Shown: positions 1 to 11,842 of the stretch, in pieces
Layout of the letters: the number at the start of each line of letters is the position of its first letter
Position numbering within the stretch: the first letter of the stretch is position 1
From: Escherichia coli
GTDB taxonomy: Bacteria > Pseudomonadota > Gammaproteobacteria > Enterobacterales > Enterobacteriaceae
Assembly (NCBI RefSeq): GCF_030013205.1
Contig: NZ_CP122648.1
Strand: one strand, 5' to 3'
DNA: 64,000 nt
Notes under the pieces: generated by a model
Told to the model about the DNA's origin: nothing
Databases searched by the model: none
The model's input: only the letters and a program-made list of their open reading frames with translations
Made by a program: the position numbers and the translations under genes

Positions 1-1409
1 TCGGTCGCAATGCGGGTTATCAGGGCGTACTTTCCGTGGGACGCGTGCAGACGCCCGTACTCGGACTGGTGGTGCGCCGCGACGAAGAGATTGAAAACTT
101 CGTGGCGAAAGATTTCTTTGAAGTCAAAGCGCATATCGTGACACCTGCCGATGAGCGGTTTACCGCTATCTGGCAACCGAGCGAAGCGTGTGAACCTTAT
201 CAGGATGAAGAAGGGCGCTTGTTACATCGTCCGCTGGCGGAGCATGTGGTCAACCGCATCAGCGGCCAACCGGCTATTGTCACCAGCTATAACGATAAAC
301 GGGAATCAGAATCCGCACCGCTGCCGTTTTCGCTTTCGGCGTTGCAGATTGAAGCGGCAAAACGCTTTGGTCTGAGCGCGCAGAACGTGCTTGATATCTG
401 CCAGAAGTTGTACGAAACGCACAAGCTAATCACTTATCCGCGTTCCGATTGTCGCTATCTGCCGGAAGAGCATTTTGCCGGACGCCACGCAGTGATGAAT
501 GCCATCAGCGTTCATGCACCGGGGTTGTTACCGCAGCCAGTGGTCGATCCAGATATACGCAACCGCTGCTGGGATGACAAAAAGGTCGATGCGCACCACG
601 CCATCATCCCGACCGCACGGAGTTCTGCGATCAACCTGACGGAGAACGAAGCGAAGGTCTATAACCTGATTGCCCGTCAGTACTTGATGCAGTTCTGCCC
701 GGATGCGGTGTTCCGCAAGTGTGTTATCGAACTGGACATTGCCAAAGGCAAATTTGTCGCTAAAGCCCGTTTTCTTGCTGAAGCAGGCTGGCGCACACTG
801 TTAGGCAGCAAAGAGCGCGATGAAGAAAACGACGGCACGCCGCTGCCTGTGGTGGCGAAAGGCGATGAGTTGCTGTGTGAAAAAGGTGAAGTGGTAGAGC
901 GGCAAACCCAGCCGCCGCGCCATTTTACCGATGCAACACTGCTTTCAGCGATGACCGGGATAGCACGTTTTGTGCAGGACAAAGATCTGAAAAAGATCCT
1001 TCGTGCGACCGATGGTCTGGGGACAGAAGCGACTCGCGCCGGGATTATTGAACTGCTGTTCAAGCGAGGCTTCCTGACCAAAAAAGGGCGCTATATCCAC
1101 TCCACCGACGCCGGAAAAGCATTATTCCATTCGCTGCCAGAGATGGCGACGCGACCGGACATGACCGCGCACTGGGAATCGGTGCTGACGCAAATCAGCG
1201 AAAAGCAGTGTCGCTACCAGGACTTTATGCAACCGCTGGTGGGGACATTGTACCAGTTGATTGATCAGGCAAAGCGCACGTCGGTAAGGCAGTTTCGGGG
1301 AATAATGGCTCCCGGCGGTGGAGAAGGGAAGAAAAAGGATTCGCCACGCAAGAGAGCGCCGAAAAAAAGCCCGCCATCAGAAGAGGCGGGCAATGGAGTG
1401 ATAACATAA
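1..1409 (+). CDS. topB: DNA topoisomerase III, C-terminal part (5' end outside window)
   Basis: ORF 36..1409 is open to the window edge; product recognisable as TopB C-terminus with Lys/Arg-rich tail; K-12 synteny with gdhA. Confidence 0.9.
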   Translation, partial: GRNAGYQGVLSVGRVQTPVLGLVVRRDEEIENFVAKDFFEVKAHIVTPADERFTAIWQPSEACEPYQDEEGRLLHRPLAEHVVNRISGQPAIVTSYNDKRESESAPLPFSLSALQIEAAKRFGLSAQNVLDICQKLYETHKLITYPRSDCRYLPEEHFAGRHAVMNAISVHAPGLLPQPVVDPDIRNRCWDDKKVDAHHAIIPTARSSAINLTENEAKVYNLIARQYLMQFCPDAVFRKCVIELDIAKGKFVAKARFLAEAGWRTLLGSKERDEENDGTPLPVVAKGDELLCEKGEVVERQTQPPRHFTDATLLSAMTGIARFVQDKDLKKILRATDGLGTEATRAGIIELLFKRGFLTKKGRYIHSTDAGKALFHSLPEMATRPDMTAHWESVLTQISEKQCRYQDFMQPLVGTLYQLIDQAKRTSVRQFRGIMAPGGGEGKKKDSPRKRAPKKSPPSEEAGNGVIT

Positions 1410-1440
1410 AGGTTCTTTCAACCATCTGATACTGAAGATT

Positions 1441-1464
1441 TTTATGGCCGGATAAGGCGTTTGC
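1441..1464. repeat. left half of a REP/palindromic unit split by the IS insertion
   Basis: ggccggataaggcgtttgc; joined to 2897-2915 it restores an imperfect palindrome GCCGGATAAGGCG..CGCTGTATCCGGC. Confidence 0.6.
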
Positions 1465-1991
1465 TGAACTGCACCCCAAATGTTGGACACAATCTGACAT
1501 CTGAAGGTGCAGTTTATGAAACATTCATTTGAAGTAAAACTTGCCGCTGTAAATCATTACCTGGCCGGTCATGCAGGCATCATTTCTACGGCAAAACTCT
1601 TTCAACTTTCTCACACCAGCCTCTCACACTGGATTAATCTTTTTCTTCTTCACGGTCCTCGGGCACTGGATTGCAGACACAAGCGTAGCTATTCTCCTGA
1701 AGATAAACTTTGCGTGGTTCTTTATGCTCTCGGGCATTCTGAGTCTCTACCCCGGGTAGCTGCCCGGTTTAACATTCCCAGCCACAACACGGTTAAAAAC
1801 TGGATAAAAGGCTACCGCAAATCTGGTAATGAGGCCTTTATCAGGCGCAGGAAGGAGAAAAGCATGACCCGTTCTGATGATACCCATGAAAACGAGGCAA
1901 ACATGACGCCGGAAGAGATGAAGAATGAGCTGCGTTATCTTCGCGCAGAAAATGCATATCTGAAAGCCATGCAGGAGCATCTCCTGGAAAA

Positions 1992-2915
<924 letters not shown>

Positions 2916-2921
2916 ATTGTC

Positions 2922-4265
2922 TTAAATCACGCCCTGGCTTAACATCGCATCCGCAACCTTCACAAAACCGGCAATGTTCGCGCCCTGCACGTAGTTGGTT
3001 TGCTCACCTTCACCACCATGCTCAACACAGGCATGGTGGATATCCAGCATGATGTGATGCAAACGCGCATCAACTTTCTCGGCTTTCCACCCCAGGCGCG
3101 CAGCGTTTTGCGCCATTTCCAGGCCCGATGTTGCTACACCGCCAGCATTAGCCGCTTTACCCGGTGCAAACAGTACGCCTGCCTGCTGGAACAGTTCAGT
3201 CGCTTCGATGGTGGTCGGCATATTTGCCCCTTCGGCGACGGCTTTAACGCCATTGGCGATAAGCTGATGCGCGGCGTCAACATCCAGTTCGTTCTGGGTG
3301 GCGCAAGGCAGGGCGATATCAACTGGTACAGACCACGGCTGTTGGCCTTCGAGATAGACCAGACCAAATTCTTTGGCGTAATCTGCCACTCGACCATCGC
3401 GGCTGGCTTTGATTTCGATAAGACGCGCCAGTTTCTCTTTCGTGAATCCGCTTTCATCAACTACAGTGCCGCTGGAGTCTGACGCAGTGATCACACGAGC
3501 ACCAAATTCCATCGCTTTTTCTATAGCGTACTGGGCGACGTTGCCGGAGCCAGAAACGGAAACGCGCATTCCTTCAAAACCCATACCGTGGCGTTTTAGC
3601 ATTGCTTCTGTGAAATAAACCAGACCGTAGCCGGTAGCTTCCGGGCGAATAAGACTGCCGCCAAATGAAAGGCCCTTACCGGTGAAGACGCAGGCGGTAT
3701 TGTTGGAGAGCTTTTTCATCATCCCCGCCATAAAGCCGACTTCACGACCACCAACGCCGATATCACCTGCCGGAACGTCGGTATCCGCGCCCAGATGACG
3801 ATAAAGCTCGGTCATCAGCGCCTGGCAGAAACGCATCACTTCACCTTCGCTTTTTCCTTTCGGATCGAAATCGCTGCCACCTTTACCACCGCCCATCGGC
3901 AGGGTAGTCAGGGCATTTTTGAAGGTTTGCTCGAAGCCGAGGAATTTGAGAATGGAAAGGTTAACTGACGGATGGAAGCGCATACCGCCTTTGTACGGGC
4001 CGATGGCAGAGCTGAACTGCACACGCCATGCACGGTTGACCTGTACCTGGTTGCGATCATCAACCCATACCACGCGAAACTGGATCACGCGCTCCGGTTC
4101 AACCAGACGCTCCAGTAATGACATCTGGCGATATTTTGGATTTTGTTCAAGAAAAGGCCAGAGTGTGGTCATTACTTCACGAACGGCTTGCGCGAACTCG
4201 GTTTGATTCGGGTCGCGCTTTTGGACATGGTTGAGGAATGACTCCAGAGAATATGTCTGATCCAT
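2922..4265 (-). CDS. gdhA: NADP-specific glutamate dehydrogenase
   Basis: 447-aa ORF with the Glu/Leu/Phe/Val dehydrogenase GGGKGG motif; full length. Confidence 0.97.
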   Translation of the reverse strand: MDQTYSLESFLNHVQKRDPNQTEFAQAVREVMTTLWPFLEQNPKYRQMSLLERLVEPERVIQFRVVWVDDRNQVQVNRAWRVQFSSAIGPYKGGMRFHPSVNLSILKFLGFEQTFKNALTTLPMGGGKGGSDFDPKGKSEGEVMRFCQALMTELYRHLGADTDVPAGDIGVGGREVGFMAGMMKKLSNNTACVFTGKGLSFGGSLIRPEATGYGLVYFTEAMLKRHGMGFEGMRVSVSGSGNVAQYAIEKAMEFGARVITASDSSGTVVDESGFTKEKLARLIEIKASRDGRVADYAKEFGLVYLEGQQPWSVPVDIALPCATQNELDVDAAHQLIANGVKAVAEGANMPTTIEATELFQQAGVLFAPGKAANAGGVATSGLEMAQNAARLGWKAEKVDARLHHIMLDIHHACVEHGGEGEQTNYVQGANIAGFVKVADAMLSQGVI

Positions 4266-4500
4266 AGATATAAAACCCTTATATATTAATACGATTGTGC
4301 TTATGTTGTTTATGTCATGTGCTTTTGCAGTTTTCGACTATACCATCAAGAATGTGACGGTAAGCAAGAAAAAAATGACCCAGGAAAGCAAATTAATAAC
4401 GAGAGTAATCTCATAACCAAATGCGATAACTCAGACGCTAAAGTTATGCCGCCCGGCTACCGTTATTAGTAGCAGAGACAATAACGTTAAGGAGTTCCCT

Positions 4501-4773
4501 GTGAGTCGAGCATTGTTCGCCGTAGTATTAGCATTTCCATTAATTGCACTGGCTAACTCGCATTATCGTCCGGACGTGGAGGTGAACGTACCGCCAGAAG
4601 TGTTCAGTTCAGGCGGGCAGTCAGCGCAGCCCTATACTCAGTGCTGCGTTTATCAGGATCAAAATTATTCTGAAGGGGCGGTAATTAAAGCCGAAGGAAT
4701 ACTGCTGCAATGCCAGCGGGATGACAAAACCCTTAGCACAAATCCGCTGGTCTGGCGGCGCGTAAAGCCATAA
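4501..4773 (+). CDS. ynjH: small secreted DUF1496-type protein
   Basis: 90-aa ORF with N-terminal signal peptide; K-12 synteny. Confidence 0.8.
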   Translation: MSRALFAVVLAFPLIALANSHYRPDVEVNVPPEVFSSGGQSAQPYTQCCVYQDQNYSEGAVIKAEGILLQCQRDDKTLSTNPLVWRRVKP

Positions 4774-5146
4774 ACGCCTCTAATAATGGAATGTCAGCAG
4801 GGGCCAGTGGATATTGCAGCGCCTCTTCAGGTGAGCACCAGACCAGCGCCTGATGTTCATGTGCCTGTAACGTCCCGTGGAAGTCGGGTACATGCCAGGC
4901 ATGAAGATGGATAATCCGCCCCGACACTTCTCGCTGATGGCTGGCAACATAGTCACCAACAGTTGCTTCGATGCCCAGTTCTTCGTTTAACTCACGCACC
5001 AGCGCCTGCTGCTGGCTTTCATCCAGCTCGACTTTACCACCGGCAAACTCCCATAATCCCGCCTGATCGCTATGCGCGGGGCGTTGCGCGAGTAAAATTT
5101 TGCCATCACGTTCGATGATGGCGGCAACAACTTCAACCATTTTCAT
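4733..5146 (-). CDS. nudG: Nudix hydrolase (CTP/5-methyl-dCTP pyrophosphohydrolase)
   Basis: 137-aa ORF with Nudix box GxxxxxExxxxxxxREuxEExGu; 3' end overlaps ynjH convergently by 41 bp. Confidence 0.9.
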   Translation of the reverse strand: MKMVEVVAAIIERDGKILLAQRPAHSDQAGLWEFAGGKVELDESQQQALVRELNEELGIEATVGDYVASHQREVSGRIIHLHAWHVPDFHGTLQAHEHQALVWCSPEEALQYPLAPADIPLLEAFMALRAARPADLC

Positions 5147-5232
5147 AAATTACACACGGGTAGATAAGCGAAAAATGCCATAATATCCGCACTGTTGCTC
5201 AATCAGAAAGGCTTTATATTTAAGGAGTGCCT

Positions 5233-5853
5233 GTGCTAGACCGCCATCTTCATCCCCGAATTAAACCTTTGTTGCATCAGTGTGTGAAGGTGCTGGATAA
5301 ACCCGGCATTACGCCAGATGGTTTAACATTAGTGGGATTTGCCATCGGTGTGCTGGCACTGCCTTTTCTGGCGCTGGGCTGGTATCTGGCGGCGCTTGTC
5401 GTCATTTTGTTGAACAGGCTGCTTGATGGTCTGGACGGTGCGCTGGCGCGGCGCAGAGGGCTTACCGACGCGGGCGGCTTTCTCGATATTTCTCTCGATT
5501 TTCTCTTTTACGCGCTGGTGCCGTTTGGTTTTATTCTTGCTGCACCGGAGCAAAATGCGCTGGCAGGCGGCTGGCTGTTGTTTGCGTTTATCGGTACGGG
5601 CAGCAGTTTTCTCGCCTTTGCTGCACTGGCAGCAAAACATCAGATTGATAACCCCGGTTATGCACATAAGTCGTTTTACTATCTGGGGGGATTAACCGAA
5701 GGCACTGAAACGATCTTACTGTTTGTGCTGGGATGTTTATTCCCTGCATGGTTTGCGTGGTTTGCGTGGATCTTCGGTGCGTTGTGCTGGATGACGACCT
5801 TTACGCGGGTGTGGAGTGGGTATCTGACGCTGAAGTCGCTTCAGCGTCAGTAA
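5233..5853 (+). CDS. ynjF: CDP-alcohol phosphatidyltransferase-family inner membrane protein
   Basis: hydrophobic ORF; GTG start at 5233 preferred because AAGGAG lies at 5222-5227. Confidence 0.85.
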   Translation: MLDRHLHPRIKPLLHQCVKVLDKPGITPDGLTLVGFAIGVLALPFLALGWYLAALVVILLNRLLDGLDGALARRRGLTDAGGFLDISLDFLFYALVPFGFILAAPEQNALAGGWLLFAFIGTGSSFLAFAALAAKHQIDNPGYAHKSFYYLGGLTEGTETILLFVLGCLFPAWFAWFAWIFGALCWMTTFTRVWSGYLTLKSLQRQ

Positions 5854-5861
5854 TTGCAATG

Positions 5862-7169
5862 TTATTTGCTGCTGTCCGGGCCGCGTTCACCGGTTGCTAC
5901 CGGATTTTTTGGATCGCTGCTCCATTCGTACCAGCCGCCGTCGTAAACGGAGACGTTATTCCAGCCCATTGCTCGTGCGTACATAAAGGTTTCGGACGCG
6001 CGCCAGCCGGTGCCGCAGTAGAATGAAACTTGCTGATCTGGCTTGATATTCCATGCTTTCCACATAGCGGTAATATCATCGGCGCTACGCATGGTGCCAT
6101 CCGGGTTATGGAAATCTTCCATATGCGTCGAGTCGCTACCTGCGTGTCCCCAACGTGCTCCGGCTATTTCACCTTTTGGTTTAATATAGCTGTAACCGCT
6201 GGTCGTACCGATAAATTCTGGCCACGAACGAATGCTCACCAGCGATGCATCCTGGCGATGCAGCAGTCCACGCGCCTGTTCCATATCAAGCATCAGTTGC
6301 GGTTGTGCCGGGATCTTCACGCCGAAATCCGGTTCCGCTTTCACTTTCGGTGGCGTTCCGCGCTCAACGGGCAGTCCCGCGTCGGACCAGGTTTGCCAGC
6401 CGCCGTCCAGCAGGCGGACATCTTTCACGCCAGCGTAGAGCATAATTTGTGCCACACGCGCTGCAGCGTATACGTCACGCCCGTACAGAATGACCGTGGT
6501 GTCATGGCGAATGCCGTGTTTTGCCAACATCGCTTTTAGTTGTTCATCAGAAACTTTGTTCCACAGCGGTTCGCTTTCCACTTCGTTGGTATCGATGTAG
6601 TCAGCGCCGGGAATATGGCTGATAAGGTAAAGCTTAGGAGCGCCCCAGGCCGCTTCAATGACTTTCCAGTCACCGGCAGGTTTCGCCGTAACCTCTTTAC
6701 CTTGTTGCAGGTCGTGCAGCCATTGCGGATAAACCAGCTGCTCAAAATGCGGCAGTTTTTGGAGACGGGAAGGTTCGCTTAGCGCGTCACTCAGAATGGA
6801 GATATGCGTAAAACCTGCTTTTTGCAGTCGCGTTTTGACGGCGTCGACATCTTTGTCATTACCGTACAGCGCCACCGGAGCATCGGCTTTCAGGTTATGT
6901 TGCTTGATCCACGCGTTAAGCTGTTCGGTGCTCATTTTGTCGAGCCAGCTAGCAGAGAGGTTTAAGGCGGCAGGTTCATGACCAGAAGGGCCATTTAAGG
7001 TTTGTGGCCAGCCGTTATAAAACGCGCTGGGGCGAGTATCTATCGCTTTGCCATTTTGTTGTTGAAGCTGGTCAAGTGTAAGAGGCTTCGCCAGTTCAGC
7101 GGCCCACGAAGAAGCGCAAGCCAGCCCTAAAGCCATTGCCAGCGCGGTCATTTGAGAAACACGTTTCAT
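5862..7169 (-). CDS. ynjE: periplasmic thiosulfate sulfurtransferase (three rhodanese domains)
   Basis: ORF 5862..7184; signal peptide starts at MKRVSQ; full length. Confidence 0.9.
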   Translation of the reverse strand: MKRVSQMTALAMALGLACASSWAAELAKPLTLDQLQQQNGKAIDTRPSAFYNGWPQTLNGPSGHEPAALNLSASWLDKMSTEQLNAWIKQHNLKADAPVALYGNDKDVDAVKTRLQKAGFTHISILSDALSEPSRLQKLPHFEQLVYPQWLHDLQQGKEVTAKPAGDWKVIEAAWGAPKLYLISHIPGADYIDTNEVESEPLWNKVSDEQLKAMLAKHGIRHDTTVILYGRDVYAAARVAQIMLYAGVKDVRLLDGGWQTWSDAGLPVERGTPPKVKAEPDFGVKIPAQPQLMLDMEQARGLLHRQDASLVSIRSWPEFIGTTSGYSYIKPKGEIAGARWGHAGSDSTHMEDFHNPDGTMRSADDITAMWKAWNIKPDQQVSFYCGTGWRASETFMYARAMGWNNVSVYDGGWYEWSSDPKNPVATGERGPDSSK

Positions 7170-7235
7170 CGAAAATCCCGACATTGTAGTTTTGAGTGCG
7201 CCATTCTGAACTGACGCATTGGGAAAAACTTTGCG

Positions 7236-7889
7236 TTATCGCAGTTTGTTGTAATTTTCTGACCACTGCGCCATATCCAGAACAGAACTATCAGCAGGAA
7301 CATCCTGGAGATCGTGCGTTACCTGAACGACTGGGATCGCCTGGGCGCGAACTTCGCTGAACACCCACTGGCGAAAATTATCGCGCAGAGCCACATCAAG
7401 ACGGCTGAATGGCTCATCCAGTAGCAACGCTTTTGGCTGAGCGAGAAGAGCGCGAAGCAGAGCAACGCGCGCTCGCTGACCGCCAGACAAAGTGGCAGGA
7501 TCCTGATGGAACATACCGCCAAGCCCCGCACGCTCCAGCGCATCATTTACCGCATCGCGCCTTGCAACACCTTTGAGTGCCGCTGGCAGAGCCAGCAGTA
7601 AATTTTGCCCGACGCTGAACTGGTCAAATAACAGTGCATCCTGGAAAAGAATGCCAATCTGACGCTGTGCGGTGGGTAGCATGTCAATCCGTTGCTCATT
7701 GAGCCATAGCTCACCTGTACAAGAAAACTGTCCGGCCAGCGCACCAATCATCCATGAAAACAGAGTGGATTTTCCACAGCCAGACGGCCCCATTAACGTG
7801 ACAATGTCACCTTTACTCACCGTAAAGTTAACGTTTTTCAGCAAGCGGCTTTCTGGTAAACGTAGCGAAACATTTTTCACGCAGAGCAT
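7236..7889 (-). CDS. ynjD: ABC transporter ATP-binding protein
   Basis: Walker A GPSGCGKST and ABC signature LSGGQ; start chosen at the ATG overlapping the ynjC stop (ATGA). Confidence 0.9.
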   Translation of the reverse strand: MLCVKNVSLRLPESRLLKNVNFTVSKGDIVTLMGPSGCGKSTLFSWMIGALAGQFSCTGELWLNEQRIDMLPTAQRQIGILFQDALLFDQFSVGQNLLLALPAALKGVARRDAVNDALERAGLGGMFHQDPATLSGGQRARVALLRALLAQPKALLLDEPFSRLDVALRDNFRQWVFSEVRAQAIPVVQVTHDLQDVPADSSVLDMAQWSENYNKLR

Positions 7890-9424
7890 TAGCGGAGTCC
7901 TTGTCTGACATAACCTACCCATTTTGCGACTAACGCGGTCAGGGCAAAAATAATAAGCGGTAATAGCAGTTGCCATAAAGCCTGGGCGGCGAGAATACCG
8001 TTGCTGCCGCCGCTGCTTAATGCCACCGCCTCAGTGGTGAGCGTCGGAAAACGCCCCGCGCCCAGCCACAGCGTCGGCATATACTGCGCAATACTGACTG
8101 AAAATCCCACCGCGAAGGCAATCAGCGTAGGGCGTAGCATAAGCGGACATTTCACGTAAAAGAAGATTTTGGCCCGCGACCAGCCCAGTGTTTGCGCAAT
8201 CAAAATTAACCGTGAATCAATGCGCTGCCAGGCGGGTTGCAGGATAAACAGCATCCACGGCATTACCCACAGCAGATGCCCCCAGACCACCGCCGTCCAG
8301 CTTCCATCCAGGTTCAGCCATAGCGCCAGCGTGTACTGGCACGCCACCAGCGGCAGAGCGGGTAATAAAATGGGCAACCATAGCCACAACTGGCGACGCT
8401 GTGGCCCCCATTCCAGCCACAGCAGTAACAGGAGCAAAGCGATGAATGCCGCCACCAGCCCCATTGTCAGGCTGTTGATGAGCGCTTCACTATTGATCGT
8501 CGACTGATCCGCGAGGATCGCCAGCAGAACCACACACAGCACACCGGTTAAGGGTAAAAAACTCGCCAGCGTAATGCCTGGCAATAAAGGCGTGGCAGGC
8601 TTACGAACGCCATCTACGCGGGGAATAGTACGCCGCCAGCTACGCCATAGCAGATAGCCCAGCAAAACGTAGGCGGCGAGTAACAGCATCAGCAGCAGGC
8701 TGGCGAGTGCGCCTTTCGTTTGTTGATCGGCGTCGCCCTGAGTTAACCACTGCCAGCTAATTACTGCCAGCGTCGGGGGATTACCTGGCCCAAGGATAAT
8801 CGCCACATCCACGACCGACAGCGACCAGGCGACAATCGCCAGCATCGCCATTGCCAGTGCAGGTGCGACGGAGGGCAACAACAGCCAGTTCAGGCATTGC
8901 CAGCGGCTGTAGCCCAGCGAATCCAGTACAATAACTTGCTGCAACAGCCGTTTTTCGCTCAATACTGCCGCTAAGAGCCACAGCAGAAATGCGCTTTCTT
9001 TCACTGCAAGGGTGAGGCCCAGACCGATGCCAAATCGATCCATTGGCGGAGTGAAATACGGGAAATAGTCATAAAGCAGCCCTCCGTCAGCAAAGAGCAG
9101 AAGGGCGCTGGTGGCAAAAGCCACATGGGGAATGGCGAGCAGCCACGGCAGACGGGCGCACATACGCTGCCATTTCGGCCCTGGCCACAGCGTCACAATC
9201 ACCAGCAGGGCAATCAACAACGCCCCGACCGCCGCGATGGTTGTCGACACCAGCGTTGCCAGTAATGCCTGCGGTAACTGTGGATCGGCAAATAACGTCT
9301 GCCAGTGTGTCAACGACAAAGCAGGCGATATCAGCGTGAGAGCTGCCGGGATCAGCGGTGCATAAATCACCGCCACCATCGCCCACAGCAAAAAGATTAA
9401 TGCGTACCGTAACGGTGTAGCCAT
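7889..9424 (-). CDS. ynjC: ABC transporter permease (two transmembrane domains)
   Basis: highly hydrophobic ~511-aa ORF; operon context. Confidence 0.9.
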   Translation of the reverse strand: MATPLRYALIFLLWAMVAVIYAPLIPAALTLISPALSLTHWQTLFADPQLPQALLATLVSTTIAAVGALLIALLVIVTLWPGPKWQRMCARLPWLLAIPHVAFATSALLLFADGGLLYDYFPYFTPPMDRFGIGLGLTLAVKESAFLLWLLAAVLSEKRLLQQVIVLDSLGYSRWQCLNWLLLPSVAPALAMAMLAIVAWSLSVVDVAIILGPGNPPTLAVISWQWLTQGDADQQTKGALASLLLMLLLAAYVLLGYLLWRSWRRTIPRVDGVRKPATPLLPGITLASFLPLTGVLCVVLLAILADQSTINSEALINSLTMGLVAAFIALLLLLLWLEWGPQRRQLWLWLPILLPALPLVACQYTLALWLNLDGSWTAVVWGHLLWVMPWMLFILQPAWQRIDSRLILIAQTLGWSRAKIFFYVKCPLMLRPTLIAFAVGFSVSIAQYMPTLWLGAGRFPTLTTEAVALSSGGSNGILAAQALWQLLLPLIIFALTALVAKWVGYVRQGLR

Positions 9425-10563
9425 TCTTGTTCCAGCGCATTTACCCAACCTGCGTGCGGTTCAGCCAGTACCGGCGGCAGATCCTGCGGCATTCTTGATT
9501 GCAATATTTCGCGCTGCCCGTCAGGCAGTTTTTGCGGATCGAGAACCGAAGGATCGCCCCAGACAGCAGGGTCTGCTTTACGCAGTTGTGCATCGGGTGA
9601 GAGCAGGAAATTGGCAACTACCTTCGCCGCAGCACTGGCATTCGCGTTGGCGGGAATGGTGACGAAATGCACGTTGCCAATCATTCCCTCGCTAAAGCCA
9701 AAGCTGTAACTGCTGGCGGGTAAATCGCCGCTGGCGATTTTTTGCTGCGCATGAGCAGGATTAAAGGTCAGCGACAGGCGCAATGTGCCGGCTTTCAGCA
9801 GAGCATCCATCCGCGCGGGCGAAGGCGGGAAATCCTTTCCTTCGCGCCACAAATACGGATGCAGCGCATCAAGATATTGCCACAAGGGAGCAGTGACACG
9901 GGCGAAAGTCGCATCGTCCGGCGCTTCTTTTAATGCGGCGGGATCGGGCGTCAGCATAATCAGCAACTGTTCAAGAAACGCCGTGCCGGTAAAGTCCGGT
10001 GGGCGCGGATAGGTAACCGTACCGGGATTGGCTTTAGCAAACTCCAGTAAGGCTTGCGGCGTTTGTGGTGACTGTGGCGTAACATCGCGGCGGGCGATAA
10101 ACGTCAATTGCGCGCCGCCCCAGGGCGATTCCGCACCTTGCGTTGGCACTGAAAAATCTTCCCGCACCGGCAGCTGTGTGTCGACATAGCGCCAGTTGGG
10201 CAGAGTCTCCACCCAGCCCGTTTGTAATAAATTGGCCTCTTTTAAGGTGCGGAAGTTTTCGCCGTTCACCCAGAGCAGATCCACCGAACCGCCTGTTTTG
10301 CGTCCGGCAGCAGCTTCGGTCTGAATGCGCTTCACCGCGTCTGCGGCATCCGCGAGACGAACAATCTTCAGGTTTATAGCGTAATGGGTTTTCATCTCGC
10401 CGCTAACCCAGTCGAGATAGCGGTTAATTGCGGTATCGCCGCCCCAGGCGTTAAACCAGACGGTTTGCCCTTTGGCGTCGTTTTTGATTTCCTGCCAGTC
10501 ACTGGCATGTGTTGCCAAAGAAAACAGCGATAACAATCCCAGCAACCACCCACAATGGCGCAT
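9397..10563 (-). CDS. ynjB: ABC transporter periplasmic substrate-binding protein
   Basis: 388-aa ORF with signal peptide; overlaps ynjC start. Confidence 0.9.
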   Translation of the reverse strand: MRHCGWLLGLLSLFSLATHASDWQEIKNDAKGQTVWFNAWGGDTAINRYLDWVSGEMKTHYAINLKIVRLADAADAVKRIQTEAAAGRKTGGSVDLLWVNGENFRTLKEANLLQTGWVETLPNWRYVDTQLPVREDFSVPTQGAESPWGGAQLTFIARRDVTPQSPQTPQALLEFAKANPGTVTYPRPPDFTGTAFLEQLLIMLTPDPAALKEAPDDATFARVTAPLWQYLDALHPYLWREGKDFPPSPARMDALLKAGTLRLSLTFNPAHAQQKIASGDLPASSYSFGFSEGMIGNVHFVTIPANANASAAAKVVANFLLSPDAQLRKADPAVWGDPSVLDPQKLPDGQREILQSRMPQDLPPVLAEPHAGWVNALEQEWLHRYGTH

Positions 10564-10572
10564 CATCTCTCC

Positions 10573-11121
10573 TTAAGAACGTTTTTCAGGAATACGGCAC
10601 AGCCCCTGAGCGGGGATCGCCAGGGCAGAATTAAAACGAGCCGACAGGTTTTGCAGGCCGATCAATGCCGTCAGTTCGGTGAGCGCCTGAGCGTCAAAAT
10701 GCGCAGCCAGTCGGGTACGCAGGGCATCATCGACTGTTGGCGGTGTGACGCTTGCGGCTTCGGCGTACTCCAGCGCCAGCCGTTCTTCATCGCTAAAGAG
10801 CGGGCTTTGCCGCCAGTCAGCCACTGCCAGCAGTTTATCGGTGCTGCCAGTGCGCTCGGCGACTTTCATACTGGTGATATCCACGCAAAACTCACACAGA
10901 CACATTTGCGCAATGCGCGCGCTGACAAGCGATCGCACTACCGGATCCAGCGGTGAGCGTTTGCGCTCCAGCCAGCCGACAAACATCGACACCAGATAAA
11001 AGATAAACGGGATCCGCCCCCACCAGCGAATCGGGCTTAGCACCTCGCCGTAATGGCGACGATGCAGCCACGCCTGCGGACGTAAAATGAAAGGAATTTT
11101 GCTAAGCGGCGGTAAACCCAT
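10573..11121 (-). CDS. ynjA: carboxymuconolactone decarboxylase-family protein
   Basis: 182-aa ORF; synteny. Confidence 0.85.
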   Translation of the reverse strand: MGLPPLSKIPFILRPQAWLHRRHYGEVLSPIRWWGRIPFIFYLVSMFVGWLERKRSPLDPVVRSLVSARIAQMCLCEFCVDITSMKVAERTGSTDKLLAVADWRQSPLFSDEERLALEYAEAASVTPPTVDDALRTRLAAHFDAQALTELTALIGLQNLSARFNSALAIPAQGLCRIPEKRS

Positions 11122-11828
11122 CAGGCATTCCTCTTCTGGCGCTCAAGCCATATTTTCTTCGCCATAAAAATCACCACGGTCAGGGCAAACAGAATAAACA
11201 GTCCGGTGACAAACCAGAAGGTACCGCCTGTTAACATGCTGCCCGCCCAGGAATAAACAATAGTCGCTGGTAACTGACCAAGCCCGGTGGCGATAAAAAA
11301 CGAGCGAAAACGTATTGAAGTCAAACCGGCAGCATAGCTTACGGGATCAAAAGGCACAAAAGGCAATAATCGGCATACCAGAATGGTGTGTTTACCATAG
11401 CGGGTAAAAAAGCCGTCCATACTATTGAGTACCGTTTTACCCGTTAACTTTTCCACCACTTCGCGGCCCATCACTCTGGCGATAAAAAAGCACAGCGCCG
11501 CGCCGGCCATCGAACTGGTCCACGACAGCAAGCCGCCCCAGAACGCGCCAAACAGCGACGCATTGGCAAAGGTGATCAAAAACGCAGGTAGCGGTGCAGC
11601 AATGGCCTGTAAAATCATCAACAAGAACGAGACAACTGCCGCCAGTGCGCCGTAAGACTGAATAAAGCGTTCTATACCCTGTTGGTCCACGGCGGCAAAC
11701 GCCGCAACGCTGCGATTGATAAACTCATGGACGCCGGGAAGCAGCGCCCATGCCAGCAGCATAGCGAACAACAGGATGATGAGGGTTATACGGTAGTACC
11801 AGATTTTTCGCGATTGCATCTTCATCAT
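11121..11828 (-). CDS. ydjZ: TVP38/TMEM64 (DedA-like) inner membrane protein
   Basis: 235-aa hydrophobic ORF; synteny. Confidence 0.85.
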   Translation of the reverse strand: MMKMQSRKIWYYRITLIILLFAMLLAWALLPGVHEFINRSVAAFAAVDQQGIERFIQSYGALAAVVSFLLMILQAIAAPLPAFLITFANASLFGAFWGGLLSWTSSMAGAALCFFIARVMGREVVEKLTGKTVLNSMDGFFTRYGKHTILVCRLLPFVPFDPVSYAAGLTSIRFRSFFIATGLGQLPATIVYSWAGSMLTGGTFWFVTGLFILFALTVVIFMAKKIWLERQKRNA

Positions 11829-11842
11829 CCTTTATCCTGGCT

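Noticed and set aside
151-1081. ORFs 151..375 (+) and 677..1081 (-) inside topB, and many similar 60-160-aa ORFs nested in or antisense to long genes (e.g. 3000..3482, 8169..8507, 21011..21499, 49341..49895, 56805..57320)
   Set aside because: They overlap well-supported conserved genes in alternative frames, have Arg/Ser/Pro-rich shadow-frame composition and no recognisable family; treated as non-coding shadow ORFs.
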